NCBI RefSeq assembly: GCF_000737315.1
Contig: NZ_JMCB01000002.1
Coordinates: 62,001 to 126,000 of the forward strand
Origin: Hyalangium minutum
GTDB taxonomy: Bacteria; Myxococcota; Myxococcia; Myxococcales; Myxococcaceae
Direction of reading: 5' to 3'
Length of the DNA: 64,000 bases
Positions 27,116 to 36,930 of this stretch are shown piece by piece. Position 1 is the stretch's first letter; every line of letters starts with the position of its first letter. Position numbers and translations under genes: made by a program. Below the pieces are notes generated by a model, which was given only the letters and a program-made list of their open reading frames with translations, searched no databases and had not been told where the DNA came from.

Positions 27116-28788
27116 GTGTTCCGTTGAAGGACAAGGTCCCCATCCTCATGGTGGACGATCAGCCCGAGGGGTTGATGGCGCTGGAAGCGACGCTCGCTCC
27201 GCTGGGGCAGCAGCTCGTCATCGCCCAGAGCGGCCGCGAGGCGCTGCGCCACCTGCTGCACCAGGACTTCGCCGTGGTGCTGCTGGACGTGGTGATGCCG
27301 GACATGGATGGGTTCGAGACGGCCCAGCTCATCCGCGAGCGCGAGCGCAGCCGCAACACTCCCATCCTCTTCCTCACCGCCTTGTCCCGGGGCGAGGTGC
27401 CCGAGTTCCGCGCCTACGCGGTGGGCGCGGTGGACTACCTGCTCAAGCCCTTCGAGCCGGACATCCTCCGCTCCAAGGTGAACATCTTCGTGGACCTGTT
27501 CCGCAAGACGGAGATGGTGCGCCGCCAGGCGGAGGCTCTGCGCGAGGCCGAGCGGCGCGAGCACGAGCGCGAGCTGGCCGCTGCCCACCAGCGGCTGGAG
27601 GTGGAGCGCTCCCGCTGGCGCGAGGAGCTGCTGCGCAAGGAGATGGAGACGGGCCGCAACCAGCAGCGCTGGCTGGAGGCGGTGCTGGCCGCGCTGCCCA
27701 CGCCTCTGGCGCTCCTGGAGCCAAGCACCGGGCACACCCTCTTCGCCAACCGCGCTGCCCAGGAGCTGGCGGACGGCTGCCTCATCTACCGCGAGGCCCG
27801 GCAGCTTCACCCGGAGGTGTCCTTCATGGACGCCGAGGGCAAGGCGCTGCCCCACGAGGCCCTGCCCACCTCGCGCGCCGCTCGGGGCGAGCGGCTCAAT
27901 GGCGTGCCCGTGGAGTGGCGCCAGGGCGAGCAGCACGGCGCGGCGCTGGCCTTCTCCTCGCGGCTGCCGCAGATGCACGGCCGCCCGGAGACCGTACTGC
28001 TGGCCCTGCTGGACGTGACGGCGCTGCATGTCACCGAGAAGAACCTCCAGCGCGCGGTGCACGTGCGTGATGACTTCCTCTCCCTGGCCAGCCATGAGCT
28101 GCGCACCCCGCTCACCTCGCTCAAGGTCCACATCCAGGGCGCCCTGCGTGCCGCGGCCCGCCGCAACGAGGAGGCGCTCCCCATGGCCCAGTACGTCGCC
28201 AAGCTGGAGACGCTGGACCACAACGTCAGCCGGCTCACGGAGCTGGTGGACAAGCTGCTGGACATCTCCCGCATCAACGCGGGCCGCCTCGACTTCGAGC
28301 TGACGGAAGTGGACCTGGCGGCAGTGGTGCGCGAGGTGGTCTCACGCTTCTCCGAGGAGGTGTCTCGGGCAGGTTGCACGCTCGCGGTGCAGGCCGAGCA
28401 CCGCGTGGTCGGCAAGTGGGACCGGAACCGGGTGGAGCAGGTGGTGACGAACCTGCTCACCAACGCCCTCAAGTATGGCGCCGGCGCGCCCGTGGAGGTC
28501 TCGGTGCGCGAGGAGGCCACCCACGCCGTCCTGGAGATTCGCGATCAGGGGATCGGCATCCAGGAGGAGGATCGCCGCCGCATCTTCGAGCGCTTCGAGC
28601 GGGCCGTTCCCCATGACAACTACAGCGGCTTCGGGCTGGGGTTGTGGATCGTCCAGGAGATCGTCACCGGTCTGGGTGGCTCGGTGGCGGTCGAGAGCTC
28701 TCCGGGCAAGGGTGCCCTCTTCCGAGTACAGCTGCCCTGGACGCGTGAGCCGCAAGCGGGTGAGTGGCGGCGGGCTGCCCAGGCATGA
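27112..28788 (+). CDS. Hybrid histidine kinase (REC-coiled coil-PAS-HisKA-HATPase)
   Basis: VDDQ...LLDVVMP...LLKP receiver; ASHELRTPL; NLLTNALKY; GFGLGL. Confidence 0.93.
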   Translation: MSVPLKDKVPILMVDDQPEGLMALEATLAPLGQQLVIAQSGREALRHLLHQDFAVVLLDVVMPDMDGFETAQLIRERERSRNTPILFLTALSRGEVPEFRAYAVGAVDYLLKPFEPDILRSKVNIFVDLFRKTEMVRRQAEALREAERREHERELAAAHQRLEVERSRWREELLRKEMETGRNQQRWLEAVLAALPTPLALLEPSTGHTLFANRAAQELADGCLIYREARQLHPEVSFMDAEGKALPHEALPTSRAARGERLNGVPVEWRQGEQHGAALAFSSRLPQMHGRPETVLLALLDVTALHVTEKNLQRAVHVRDDFLSLASHELRTPLTSLKVHIQGALRAAARRNEEALPMAQYVAKLETLDHNVSRLTELVDKLLDISRINAGRLDFELTEVDLAAVVREVVSRFSEEVSRAGCTLAVQAEHRVVGKWDRNRVEQVVTNLLTNALKYGAGAPVEVSVREEATHAVLEIRDQGIGIQEEDRRRIFERFERAVPHDNYSGFGLGLWIVQEIVTGLGGSVAVESSPGKGALFRVQLPWTREPQAGEWRRAAQA

Positions 28789-28854
28789 ACACGAGCCCTC
28801 CATAAACTCCAAAGAAAAGGTTGATTTACAAAACATCGTAGGCAAGGTGGGGGG

Positions 28855-29259
28855 GTGAGTGACGCGGTCATCCCCCCGCGGGTTCAGCGGTTCATCTCGA
28901 CGCACATCGACTCCATCGAGAAGCTGGAAGTCTTGTTGTTGTTGCGGGCGCGTGCAGAGCGGGAGTGGACTGCCCGCGACGTGAGCCTGGAGCTGCGCAT
29001 CACCGATGCCTCGGCGGCGGCGCGCCTGCAGGACCTCACCGCGCGCCGGCTCCTGGTGGAGAAGGCGGGCTCTCCCTCCAGCTATCGCTTCCAGCCGGCC
29101 AGCTCCGAGGACGAGCAGGCCGTGGCGGAACTGCAGGAGACCTACAACACGCGGCGGGTGAGCGTCATCTCATTCATCTTCTCAAAGCCCTTGGACAAGG
29201 TGCGGGGCTTCGCGGATGCGTTCCGCCTGAAGCGAGACAAGGACGACGGCCATGGCTGA
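28855..29259 (+). CDS. Small winged-helix-like hypothetical protein
   Basis: LEVLLLL...WTARDVSLELR...RLQDL...LL...YRF pattern typical of a wHTH fold. Confidence 0.7.
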   Translation: MSDAVIPPRVQRFISTHIDSIEKLEVLLLLRARAEREWTARDVSLELRITDASAAARLQDLTARRLLVEKAGSPSSYRFQPASSEDEQAVAELQETYNTRRVSVISFIFSKPLDKVRGFADAFRLKRDKDDGHG

Positions 29260-29512
29260 GGCGGTCTACATCCTCTGTGCTCTCACGAGCGTGGCGTGCG
29301 CGGTGCTGCTGCTGCGAGGCTACTCCCGCTCGGGCCAGCGCCTGTTGCTGTGGAGCGGGCTGTGCTTCGTGGCGCTGGCCCTCAGCAATGTGCTGCTCTT
29401 CGTAGACCTGGTGCTCATAGGGCCGGAAACGGACTTGAGCCTCTTGCGCATCTCGCTGGCACTGCTGGGGGTGGCCACGCTGCTCTACGGCTTGATCTGG
29501 GACTCGCAATGA
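29252..29512 (+). CDS. DUF5985 family small membrane protein
   Basis: LCALTS..CAVLLLRGY...RLLLWSGLCF; three TM segments. Confidence 0.8.
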   Translation: MAEAVYILCALTSVACAVLLLRGYSRSGQRLLLWSGLCFVALALSNVLLFVDLVLIGPETDLSLLRISLALLGVATLLYGLIWDSQ

Positions 29513-29796
29513 ACACGTTCCTCACGGTCAAGACGATGATGAGTGGCGGGCTGGTGATGGCCTGTGTGGCGTGTGCCGTCTTCTTCCTGCGCTTCTGGAA
29601 GTCGTCCCGGGACCGGCTCTTCGCCTTCTTCGCCCTCGCCTTCGGGGTCATGGCGCTCAATTGGCTGTCACTGGCGCTGCTCCAGGTAGACGATGAGCGG
29701 CGCCACTACCTCTATGTGGTCCGCCTGGTGTCCTTTCTGCTGATCCTCTACGCCATCTGGGACAAGAACCGGGCCGGCCGCGGCAGCCGCTCCTGA
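29509..29796 (+). CDS. DUF5985 family small membrane protein (second copy)
   Basis: MNTFL...FFLRFWKSSRDRLFAFFALAF...RLVSFLLILYAIWDKN. ATGA overlap with the previous gene. Confidence 0.8.
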   Translation: MNTFLTVKTMMSGGLVMACVACAVFFLRFWKSSRDRLFAFFALAFGVMALNWLSLALLQVDDERRHYLYVVRLVSFLLILYAIWDKNRAGRGSRS

Positions 29797-29987
29797 GCCA
29801 GCCCGCAGTGACACGGAGTCAACACTCCGTGCGCCCTGTTCCCCAGACGGGCGTACCTGTCCGCCTGTGAGCGCCGAGGGAAAAGGCGCGGTCGAGCCGA
29901 TTTGTCGGCCTGTACCCCTTGCCGAACTGTGGATCCATCCGCATGTCGTCAGGACACTGTCCACTTGGCGGTGGGGGAAGATCCGAC

Positions 29988-32192
29988 ATGCGGGAAGAAC
30001 TGCCAGTCGCGAGCATCCTCCTGGTGGACGATCACCCGCCCAACCTCGTCGCGTTGGAGGCGGCGCTAGAGCCACTGGGGCAGCGGCTGGTGAAGGTGCG
30101 CTCCGGGACGGAGGCGCTCCAGCGGCTCGCCAGCGAGGACTTCGCCGCGGTGCTGCTGGATGTGCAGATGCCCGAGCTGGACGGGTACCAGACGGCGCGG
30201 CTCATCAAATCCCAGGAGCGCAGCCGCCACGTGCCGCTGCTCTTCCTCACCGCGAGCCAGAGGGACGAGCGGCAGGTGCTGCGGGGCTACGCGCAGGGCG
30301 CGGTGGACTACCTGCTCAAGCCGCTGGATCCGGACGTGCTGCGCGCCAAGGTGGCCGTCTTCGTGAACCTGTACCAGCGCCAGGAGGAGCTGCGCCAGCG
30401 CGAGGCCCGGCTGCGTGAGCACGAGCGGCAGTTGCTGGTGCGCCAGACGGAGGCGCACTCGCGCGCCCTGCTGGAGTCCATGCCCCAAGCGGTGTGGGCC
30501 GCGTGGACGGATGACACCCAGGCCTGGTGCAACCCCGCGTGGATGAAGCTGACGGGGACGCAGCATCCGGTGGCCTCGAGGCAGGACTTTCTGGCGGCCA
30601 TCCACCCGGACGAGCGCGCGGCAGTGGAGGCGGGCTGGCGCGAGGCCCTGCGGACGGGGCTCTCGTGGGAGGCGCAGCACCGGCTGGGAGGCCCGGAGGC
30701 CTGGCGCTGGCACCGGCTGCGCGTGACGCCGCTGCCTTGCGAGGGGCAGCAGCTGCGCGGCTTCCTCTGCACGGCGGCGGACCTCGACGACGAGCGCCGC
30801 AGCCAGGAGGTGGCCCAGCTGCTCTCCCATGCCAGCGTGATGCTCTCCTCCGCGCTGGACTTTCACGCCACGCTGGCTCGCCTGGCGCAGCTCGTGGTGC
30901 CGCGCTTCGCGGACTGGTGCGCGGTGGACGTGGTGGACACCGAGCGGCCCCAGGGCGGGCTCAGCCGCGTGGCGGTGGCCCACATGGAGTCCCACAAGGC
31001 CGAGCGCGTGCTCGAGCTCCACCAGCGCTATCCTCCCGGGGCGGTGAACCTGCCAGGCGTGGCGGCGGTGTTCACCTCCGGGAAGTCCGAGCTGCTGGCG
31101 GAGGTGCCGGACACGCTGCTGCGGCGGCTCTCCGAGGACTCCGAGCACCTGGCGCTGCTGCGCGAGGTGGGCTTCCAATCCTGCATCCACGTGCCCATCC
31201 GCGCCCGGGAGCGGACCTTCGGCGTGCTGACCTTCGCCATCTCCAGCAAGCGCCACCGGTATGACGCAAGAGACCTGGCGCTGGCCGAGGAGCTGGGCCG
31301 GCGCGCGGGTGTGGCCATGGACAACGCGCTGCTGTACCGGGAGGCCCAGCGGGCCCAGCGCGCGGCCCAGGAGGCCAACCGCCTCAAGGACGAGTTCCTT
31401 GCCACGCTCTCGCACGAGCTGCGCACGCCGCTGACGTCCATCCTCGGGTGGACGCAGATCCTCCTCAAGCGCGACGACCTGGACGAGGTGGGCCGCCGCC
31501 GGGGGCTGGCCACCATCGAGCGCAACGCGCGCGTGCAGCGCCAATTGGTGGAGGACTTGCTGGATGTCTCGCGCATCACCAGCGGCAAGCTGCTGCTCAA
31601 CCTGAAGGAAGTGTCGCTGCGCGAGGTAGCGGAGGCCGCCCTGGAGAGCGTGCGTCCGACGGCCGAGGCGCGCGGGGTGGGGCTTCAGGCGGAGCTGGGG
31701 GACATCCACGACACCGTGCTGGCGGATGCCACGCGGCTGCAGCAGGTGCTGTGGAACCTGCTCACCAACGCGTTGAAGTTCACGGATCGCGGCGGGTGTG
31801 TGTGGCTCACGGGCAGCCGTGATGGGGACACGGTGAGGCTCACGGTGCGAGACACGGGCAAGGGCATCTCGCCCGAGCTGCTGCCCCACGTCTTCGAGCG
31901 CTTCCGCCAGGGCGACATCGGCCGGGAGCAGGGAGGTCTGGGCTTGGGGCTCGCCATCGTGCGGCACCTGGTGGAGCTGCACGGGGGCTTCGTGGCCGTG
32001 CAGAGCGAAGGGCCCGGCGCGGGCTCCGTGTTCACCGTCCAGCTGCCCCTGCGCGCCAGCCGCTCCGAACGCCTGCCTGAGCGTGTGGCCGCCGCGGAGC
32101 TTTCGGGACACTCGGAGCCAGAGCGCTCGCACGCCATGTCCGACGAGTTGGTCGCGGCAGTGGCCTCGCTGATGAGCCAGGCCACCCACTGA
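29988..32192 (+). CDS. Hybrid histidine kinase (REC-PAS-GAF-HisKA-HATPase)
   Basis: VDDH...LLDVQMP...LLKP; VPRFADWC GAF; SHELRTPL; NLLTNALKF; GLGLGL. Confidence 0.93.
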   Translation: MREELPVASILLVDDHPPNLVALEAALEPLGQRLVKVRSGTEALQRLASEDFAAVLLDVQMPELDGYQTARLIKSQERSRHVPLLFLTASQRDERQVLRGYAQGAVDYLLKPLDPDVLRAKVAVFVNLYQRQEELRQREARLREHERQLLVRQTEAHSRALLESMPQAVWAAWTDDTQAWCNPAWMKLTGTQHPVASRQDFLAAIHPDERAAVEAGWREALRTGLSWEAQHRLGGPEAWRWHRLRVTPLPCEGQQLRGFLCTAADLDDERRSQEVAQLLSHASVMLSSALDFHATLARLAQLVVPRFADWCAVDVVDTERPQGGLSRVAVAHMESHKAERVLELHQRYPPGAVNLPGVAAVFTSGKSELLAEVPDTLLRRLSEDSEHLALLREVGFQSCIHVPIRARERTFGVLTFAISSKRHRYDARDLALAEELGRRAGVAMDNALLYREAQRAQRAAQEANRLKDEFLATLSHELRTPLTSILGWTQILLKRDDLDEVGRRRGLATIERNARVQRQLVEDLLDVSRITSGKLLLNLKEVSLREVAEAALESVRPTAEARGVGLQAELGDIHDTVLADATRLQQVLWNLLTNALKFTDRGGCVWLTGSRDGDTVRLTVRDTGKGISPELLPHVFERFRQGDIGREQGGLGLGLAIVRHLVELHGGFVAVQSEGPGAGSVFTVQLPLRASRSERLPERVAAAELSGHSEPERSHAMSDELVAAVASLMSQATH

Positions 32193-32449
32193 GGCTGCCC
32201 TTTCATCGGGTCTGAAAGTTCTTCCGCAGGGCCTGCTGAAGTTCTTACCGAGTGCCACCCTACATATGGATCCGCTGGTGGCAGATCGGCTCCTCGCACT
32301 GTCCGAAATCCGAATGCGATCAACCGCTTGAGAGGGGACTGGCAGCCGTACGGGCCTGGGGCAGGGCAGGCACGGATATCGCATCGCAGTGAATGGTCCG
32401 GCCGGGGGTGGGTGGCCGGGAGTTGTCCCTCTCAAGGTGATCCGAGCCC

Positions 32450-34309
32450 GTGCAAGCGCCTCCGTCTGCCTGCCATTGCGAGAGTCAGCACCGTGAGGCG
32501 GACCACTGCCCCACGCTCGTTCGCTCGGGTGAGGGGCCGGTAGCGCGGCCGCTGCTGGAGCGGGAGGAGAACTTCCTGGGGCAGAAGTTCGGCAGCTTCG
32601 AGGTGGTGCGCGAGCTGGGGCGGGGAGGGATGGGCTCGGTGTGGCTCGCCGAGCACACGCTCATCCGCAAGCGTGTCGCGGTGAAGGTGCTGCATGCGCA
32701 CCTGGCGAAGGATCGGCGGCTGGTGGCGCGGTTCCTCTCCGAGGCACGCACGCTGACGGTGATCCAGCACGAGAACGTGGTGGCGCTGCAGGACCTGGAC
32801 ATGCGGGAAGGGCGCCCCTACCTGGTGATGGAGTACCTGGAGGGGCAGAATCTGGCCGCGTTCGCGGAAGGTCCGCTGGAGCCGGCGCTGGTGGTGGAGC
32901 TGCTCTCCCAGGTGTGCGATGCGCTGGCGGCCGCGCACGCGCACGGCGTGGTGCACCGGGATCTCAAGCCCGCCAATGTCTTCCTCGTGCCCATGGGCAA
33001 CGGGCGCCACCGGGTGAAGCTGCTGGACTTCGGCATTGCCAAGCTCCTGAGCTACCCCGGGGGGATGACGCCCACGCAGGAGGGGATGCTGCTGGGGACG
33101 CCGGAGTTCATGTCGCCGGAGCAGTGCAACGGCGAGACGGTGGATGGGCGCACGGACCTGTACGCGGTGGGGGTGATGGGCTACCTGCTGGGGACGGGAC
33201 GCTTGCCGTTCTCGGGGAGCCCGGCGGAGGTGCTGGTGGGGCACCTGATGAAGGCACCGCGCCTGCCTCACGAGGTGCGGCCGGAGGTTCCGCCGGCGCT
33301 CTCCCAGGTGTTGATGAAGGCGATGGCGAAGCGGCCGGAGGATCGGTTCTCCTCGGCCGCGGAGCTGCGGCAGGCGCTGCAGGCGGTGCTGAAGCCAGAG
33401 CCTGCGAAGGCCTCGATGCTGATGGCGCGGGTGCGGGCCAATGGACGGCCGGCCTTCGAGGAGCTGCGCTGCGAGCGGGTGGGACGGGCGGGGCTCTTCC
33501 TTCAGACGGAGTCGGTGCCGCCTCCGTTGCTGGAGGAGGTGGGGCTGCTGCTGCGGCTGCCAGGGGGGGAGCTGTCCTGCACGGCGCAGGTGGTGCGGCA
33601 CGTGTCCGCGGAGCAGGCGCGTCAGTGGAACATGGCGCCCGGCTTCGGGGTGCAGCTGCGCGACACGGCACCGGGCTTCCTGGAGGCGTTCGAGCGGCTG
33701 CTGGCGGGGGAGCGGCTGTCTCCGCAGACGCCGCCCTTGAGCAGCGCGCGGGAGGATGCGCGGGCGGAGGCGGTGCTTCAGCGCTACCGGGAGCGGCTGC
33801 AGGGAGACCACTACCTGGCGCTGGGCACGACGTGGGAGGCGGACTTCGACACGGTGCGCGGCTGCGCGCGCGCGGCCCGGCAGGCGCTGGAGCCGCTGCT
33901 GAAGCTGCCCTTGTCGCTGGGGCAGCGAGCACAGGTGGAGCGGGTGCTGGAGCGGGTGGCGCAGGCGGCGCACGTGCTGGGCCATCCGGAGCGGCGCACG
34001 GAGTACGACGCGGGGCTGCGCAACCTGGAGGGGCTGCTGCGGTGCCTGAGCGCGGGGCTCACGGTGACGGAGCTGGAGCGGTGCCGCCGCCAGTTCCTGG
34101 CGAAGAACCGGGTGCCCGAGGGACACGCGACGATCCACCTGAAGACGGGGGATGCGTTCGCCGCGCAGGGCAAGCTCACGGAGGCCCTGGTGGCCTACGG
34201 AGCGGCGCTGCGGGCGGATCCGCTGCACCTGGAGGCGCTCAAGCGCTGGCGCTCCCTGCGAGCCCGGCTGCTGACCGCCTCAGGCCCTTCTTCAGCGCTG
34301 GGGCGCTGA
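32450..34309 (+). CDS. Ser/Thr protein kinase with PilZ-like, J-like and TPR C-terminal domains
   Basis: GRGGMG, VAVK, HRDLKPAN, DFG and GTPEFMSPEQ motifs. Start uncertain. Confidence 0.9.
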   Translation: MQAPPSACHCESQHREADHCPTLVRSGEGPVARPLLEREENFLGQKFGSFEVVRELGRGGMGSVWLAEHTLIRKRVAVKVLHAHLAKDRRLVARFLSEARTLTVIQHENVVALQDLDMREGRPYLVMEYLEGQNLAAFAEGPLEPALVVELLSQVCDALAAAHAHGVVHRDLKPANVFLVPMGNGRHRVKLLDFGIAKLLSYPGGMTPTQEGMLLGTPEFMSPEQCNGETVDGRTDLYAVGVMGYLLGTGRLPFSGSPAEVLVGHLMKAPRLPHEVRPEVPPALSQVLMKAMAKRPEDRFSSAAELRQALQAVLKPEPAKASMLMARVRANGRPAFEELRCERVGRAGLFLQTESVPPPLLEEVGLLLRLPGGELSCTAQVVRHVSAEQARQWNMAPGFGVQLRDTAPGFLEAFERLLAGERLSPQTPPLSSAREDARAEAVLQRYRERLQGDHYLALGTTWEADFDTVRGCARAARQALEPLLKLPLSLGQRAQVERVLERVAQAAHVLGHPERRTEYDAGLRNLEGLLRCLSAGLTVTELERCRRQFLAKNRVPEGHATIHLKTGDAFAAQGKLTEALVAYGAALRADPLHLEALKRWRSLRARLLTASGPSSALGR

Positions 34310-34404
34310 GCAGCCAGCCAAGTCGTGTGTACGCCAGATTCTACCTCTCCACACCTGCGGGACTTGCGTCCAAGGACAGGGTCCTCGTTAATCATCAGAG
34401 ACCC

Positions 34405-35709
34405 ATGTCCTCCAACCCCGACGACAAGCTCCCCCCTCAGGGGCGCCTCACCCGGCTGCGCAAGCTGGCGGGGCTGTCCGCCCAGCTCGGCACCGAGGTC
34501 CTCAAGAGTGGCGCACGCCGCCTCGCCGGCCAGGAGTCGGAGCTGCTCAGCAAGGGAATGGCCGAGAAGCTCGTCGCCACCCTCGGAGACTTGAAGGGCG
34601 CCGCCATGAAGTTCGGCCAGGCCGTCTCCATGGATCCGGACCTCCTCACCCCCGAAGTCCGCAAGGTCCTCGCCCGCCTCCAGAACCAGGCCCCCGCCAT
34701 GGGCTACGACACCGTGGCCCGTGTCATCCGTGAAGAGCTCGGCGCTCCCCCCGAGGCCCTCTTCCGCGAGTTCGATCGCCAGCCCCTCGCTGCGGCCTCC
34801 CTCGGTCAGGTGCACCGCGCCGTCCTCGAAGACGGCCGCCCCGTCGCCGTCAAGGTGCAGTACCCCGGCGTCGGTGACTCGCTCCAGGGCGACCTCGACA
34901 ACCTGGGCATGGTCGTGAAGACCGTCTCCAAGACGTCCAAGATCATGGACGGCACCTCCTACTTCCAGGAGCTGCGCGAGGAGTTCCTCCTCGAGCTGGA
35001 CTACCTCCGCGAGGCCCGCCTCTGCCAAGGCTTTGCCCGCAGCATCTCCCGCCTGCCCGATCTCAAGGTGCCCGACGTCATCCCCGAGCGCACCGCTCAG
35101 CGCGTCCTCACCCTCGAGCTCCTTGAGGGGCAGACGCTCAAGGACTGGGTCGTCACCGCGCCGCCTCCCGAGGAGCGCTTCCGCGTCTCGCGCCAGCTCA
35201 TCCGCGCCATCTACGGGCCCTTCTTCTGCGCTGGTGAGATCCACGCCGATCCCCACCCCGGCAACTTCATGGTCCTGAAGGATGGCCGCCTGGGGCTGAT
35301 GGACTTCGGCTCCATCAAGAGCTTCTCTCCAGGCTTCGTCTCCGCCAACCGGCGCCTGTTCCTCCAGGCTGTGCAGCTGCAGCCCATGGACATCCTCGGA
35401 CTGAGCCGCGAGGTGGGCTTCACCATCGAGCTGCCGGAAGCCGAGGCCGAGGAGCTCATCCATGAGATCCTCCGCATCGCCGGCCGGTCCATGCGCTCCA
35501 GCGCCTACGACTTCACCACCTGCGAGGTCAGCCGCGATCTCAAGCGCCACTTCGCCAAGAACGCCGCGCGCTTCCTGAAGATCCGCCCCCCGCCCGAGGC
35601 CGTCATGTTCTTCCGCTCCACTGGCGGGCTCGCGCAGAACCTGCGGCTCATCGGCGCCCAGGGTGATTTCCGCCGTGTGTACCAGGAAGTAGCCGACCTG
35701 CTGGCCTGA
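34405..35709 (+). CDS. ABC1/UbiB/AarF family atypical kinase
   Basis: KGAAMKFGQ, AAASLGQVH, VAVKVQYPG, HADPHPGN and DFG motifs. The ORF-track 1022-aa call is an upstream shadow extension. Confidence 0.92.
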   Translation: MSSNPDDKLPPQGRLTRLRKLAGLSAQLGTEVLKSGARRLAGQESELLSKGMAEKLVATLGDLKGAAMKFGQAVSMDPDLLTPEVRKVLARLQNQAPAMGYDTVARVIREELGAPPEALFREFDRQPLAAASLGQVHRAVLEDGRPVAVKVQYPGVGDSLQGDLDNLGMVVKTVSKTSKIMDGTSYFQELREEFLLELDYLREARLCQGFARSISRLPDLKVPDVIPERTAQRVLTLELLEGQTLKDWVVTAPPPEERFRVSRQLIRAIYGPFFCAGEIHADPHPGNFMVLKDGRLGLMDFGSIKSFSPGFVSANRRLFLQAVQLQPMDILGLSREVGFTIELPEAEAEELIHEILRIAGRSMRSSAYDFTTCEVSRDLKRHFAKNAARFLKIRPPPEAVMFFRSTGGLAQNLRLIGAQGDFRRVYQEVADLLA

Positions 35710-35749
35710 GCCTTGCGTTCCTGCTCAGGACTCGTGCAGCACGGGCCTC

Positions 35750-36088
35750 GTGCCTAGCTTGGGAAGGGTGACGGTCTTGGACACACGGCAGGAGCGGCTT
35801 CTCTATACGCGCTCGGCGAGAGCGCGCCTCCAGGCCCTCCCCGCCGAGGTGCGCCTCCATGTGGAGACGCATATGGCCAACCTCACCCTCCTGATCGAAG
35901 GCCTGGCGCCCGAGCATCTCCCCCAGATGCTGGCGCATGAAGACGAGGGCTTCGTCACGGCCGTGCCGGGAGCCCGGGTGCGCTTCGTCGTCGCTCCCGC
36001 GGCGCGCGCCCTGCTCGTCTACCGCATCGAGACCTTGCCCGAAAGGGAAGTGGCTCCTGCCGTGCACCCCCAGCTCGGCCCCGAGTGA
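35750..36088 (+). CDS. Small hypothetical protein with a RelE/ParE-like secondary-structure pattern
   Basis: YTRSARARLQALPAEVR...RVRFVV...LLVYRI. Start may be GTG at about 35768. Confidence 0.5.
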   Translation: MPSLGRVTVLDTRQERLLYTRSARARLQALPAEVRLHVETHMANLTLLIEGLAPEHLPQMLAHEDEGFVTAVPGARVRFVVAPAARALLVYRIETLPEREVAPAVHPQLGPE

Positions 36089-36185
36089 CTCTGGCGGAGC
36101 CACCACCGGCAGCCAAGGCGGAGAGCCTTCGCGTGACGGCGCCTCTCCGCTCGTGGCGAAAGAGGCGCACGCCCGCGGCGCTGCA

Positions 36186-36614
36186 CTACTTGTTGATGGC
36201 CTGATTGGAGGGGCTGGACGCCGGGCCCGTCGCCGAGCGGCCCCGCTTGTAGAGGTCCGTCAGCTTCTTGGCCAGGTCCGCGCCCTGCACGCTCTTGGAG
36301 ATGTAGCCGTCCGCGCCGGACGACAGCGCCAGCGAGCGCAGCTTCGACTCGTCCGAGGCCGAGTACAGGATGAACTTGGTGCCCAGCGGCGCCTGCGCGC
36401 GCGCCAGAGACAGCACCTTGTCGCCGCTCAGCGCGGGAATGTTCACGTCCAGCAGCACCAGGTCCGGTGCCACCGAACGCACCAGGTTGGACACGCCCAG
36501 CGAGGAGCGGTGCGTGCGCACATCAAATCCGTAGGACGAGAGCGAGCGCTCCGCCAGTACAAGCTGATCCTGGTCGTCGTCCACAACGAGGACTCGGATC
36601 TTGGTTTCCGACAT
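36186..36614 (-). CDS. Single-domain response regulator
   Basis: [17 protein letters not shown] and ISK receiver residues. Confidence 0.92.
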   Translation of the reverse strand: MSETKIRVLVVDDDQDQLVLAERSLSSYGFDVRTHRSSLGVSNLVRSVAPDLVLLDVNIPALSGDKVLSLARAQAPLGTKFILYSASDESKLRSLALSSGADGYISKSVQGADLAKKLTDLYKRGRSATGPASSPSNQAINK

Positions 36615-36930
36615 TGTTTCCCCCAGGGGGCAGGGTTGTCGCTAGAGAGACTCTAATTATGACCTCGCTCCGCGTCAGGAAAGAAGGGGGGGGCGTGTAG
36701 GACCCTGCCGAAAGTGACAAGCGAGCAGGCAGTTTCCCGGGAAGTCGTGAGGCGCTCAACACCGGATATTGAGAACATCGTGAATTCCGAAGGGCCGCCT
36801 CGTGGATAAGCAGGCGCTCCCCACCTGCCCCGTCGTGTCGCCGAGAGGAATCGTGGCCACCGTGGCGGTGCTTTTCTCTCACCCGGTGGAGACGCATGGC
36901 ACGGCGCAAGACCCACCGGGGCAGGGCAGC

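Noticed and set aside
32212-32249. Imperfect direct repeat CTGAA(A)GTTCTT(A/C)C in the kinase-STK intergenic region
   Set aside because: Only two imperfect copies and no other support.
32641-34404. N-terminal 588 aa of the 1022-aa ORF as a fusion to the ABC1 kinase
   Set aside because: It is an off-frame overlap with the Ser/Thr kinase and Gly/Ala/Arg-rich; the ABC1 protein starts at ATG 34405.
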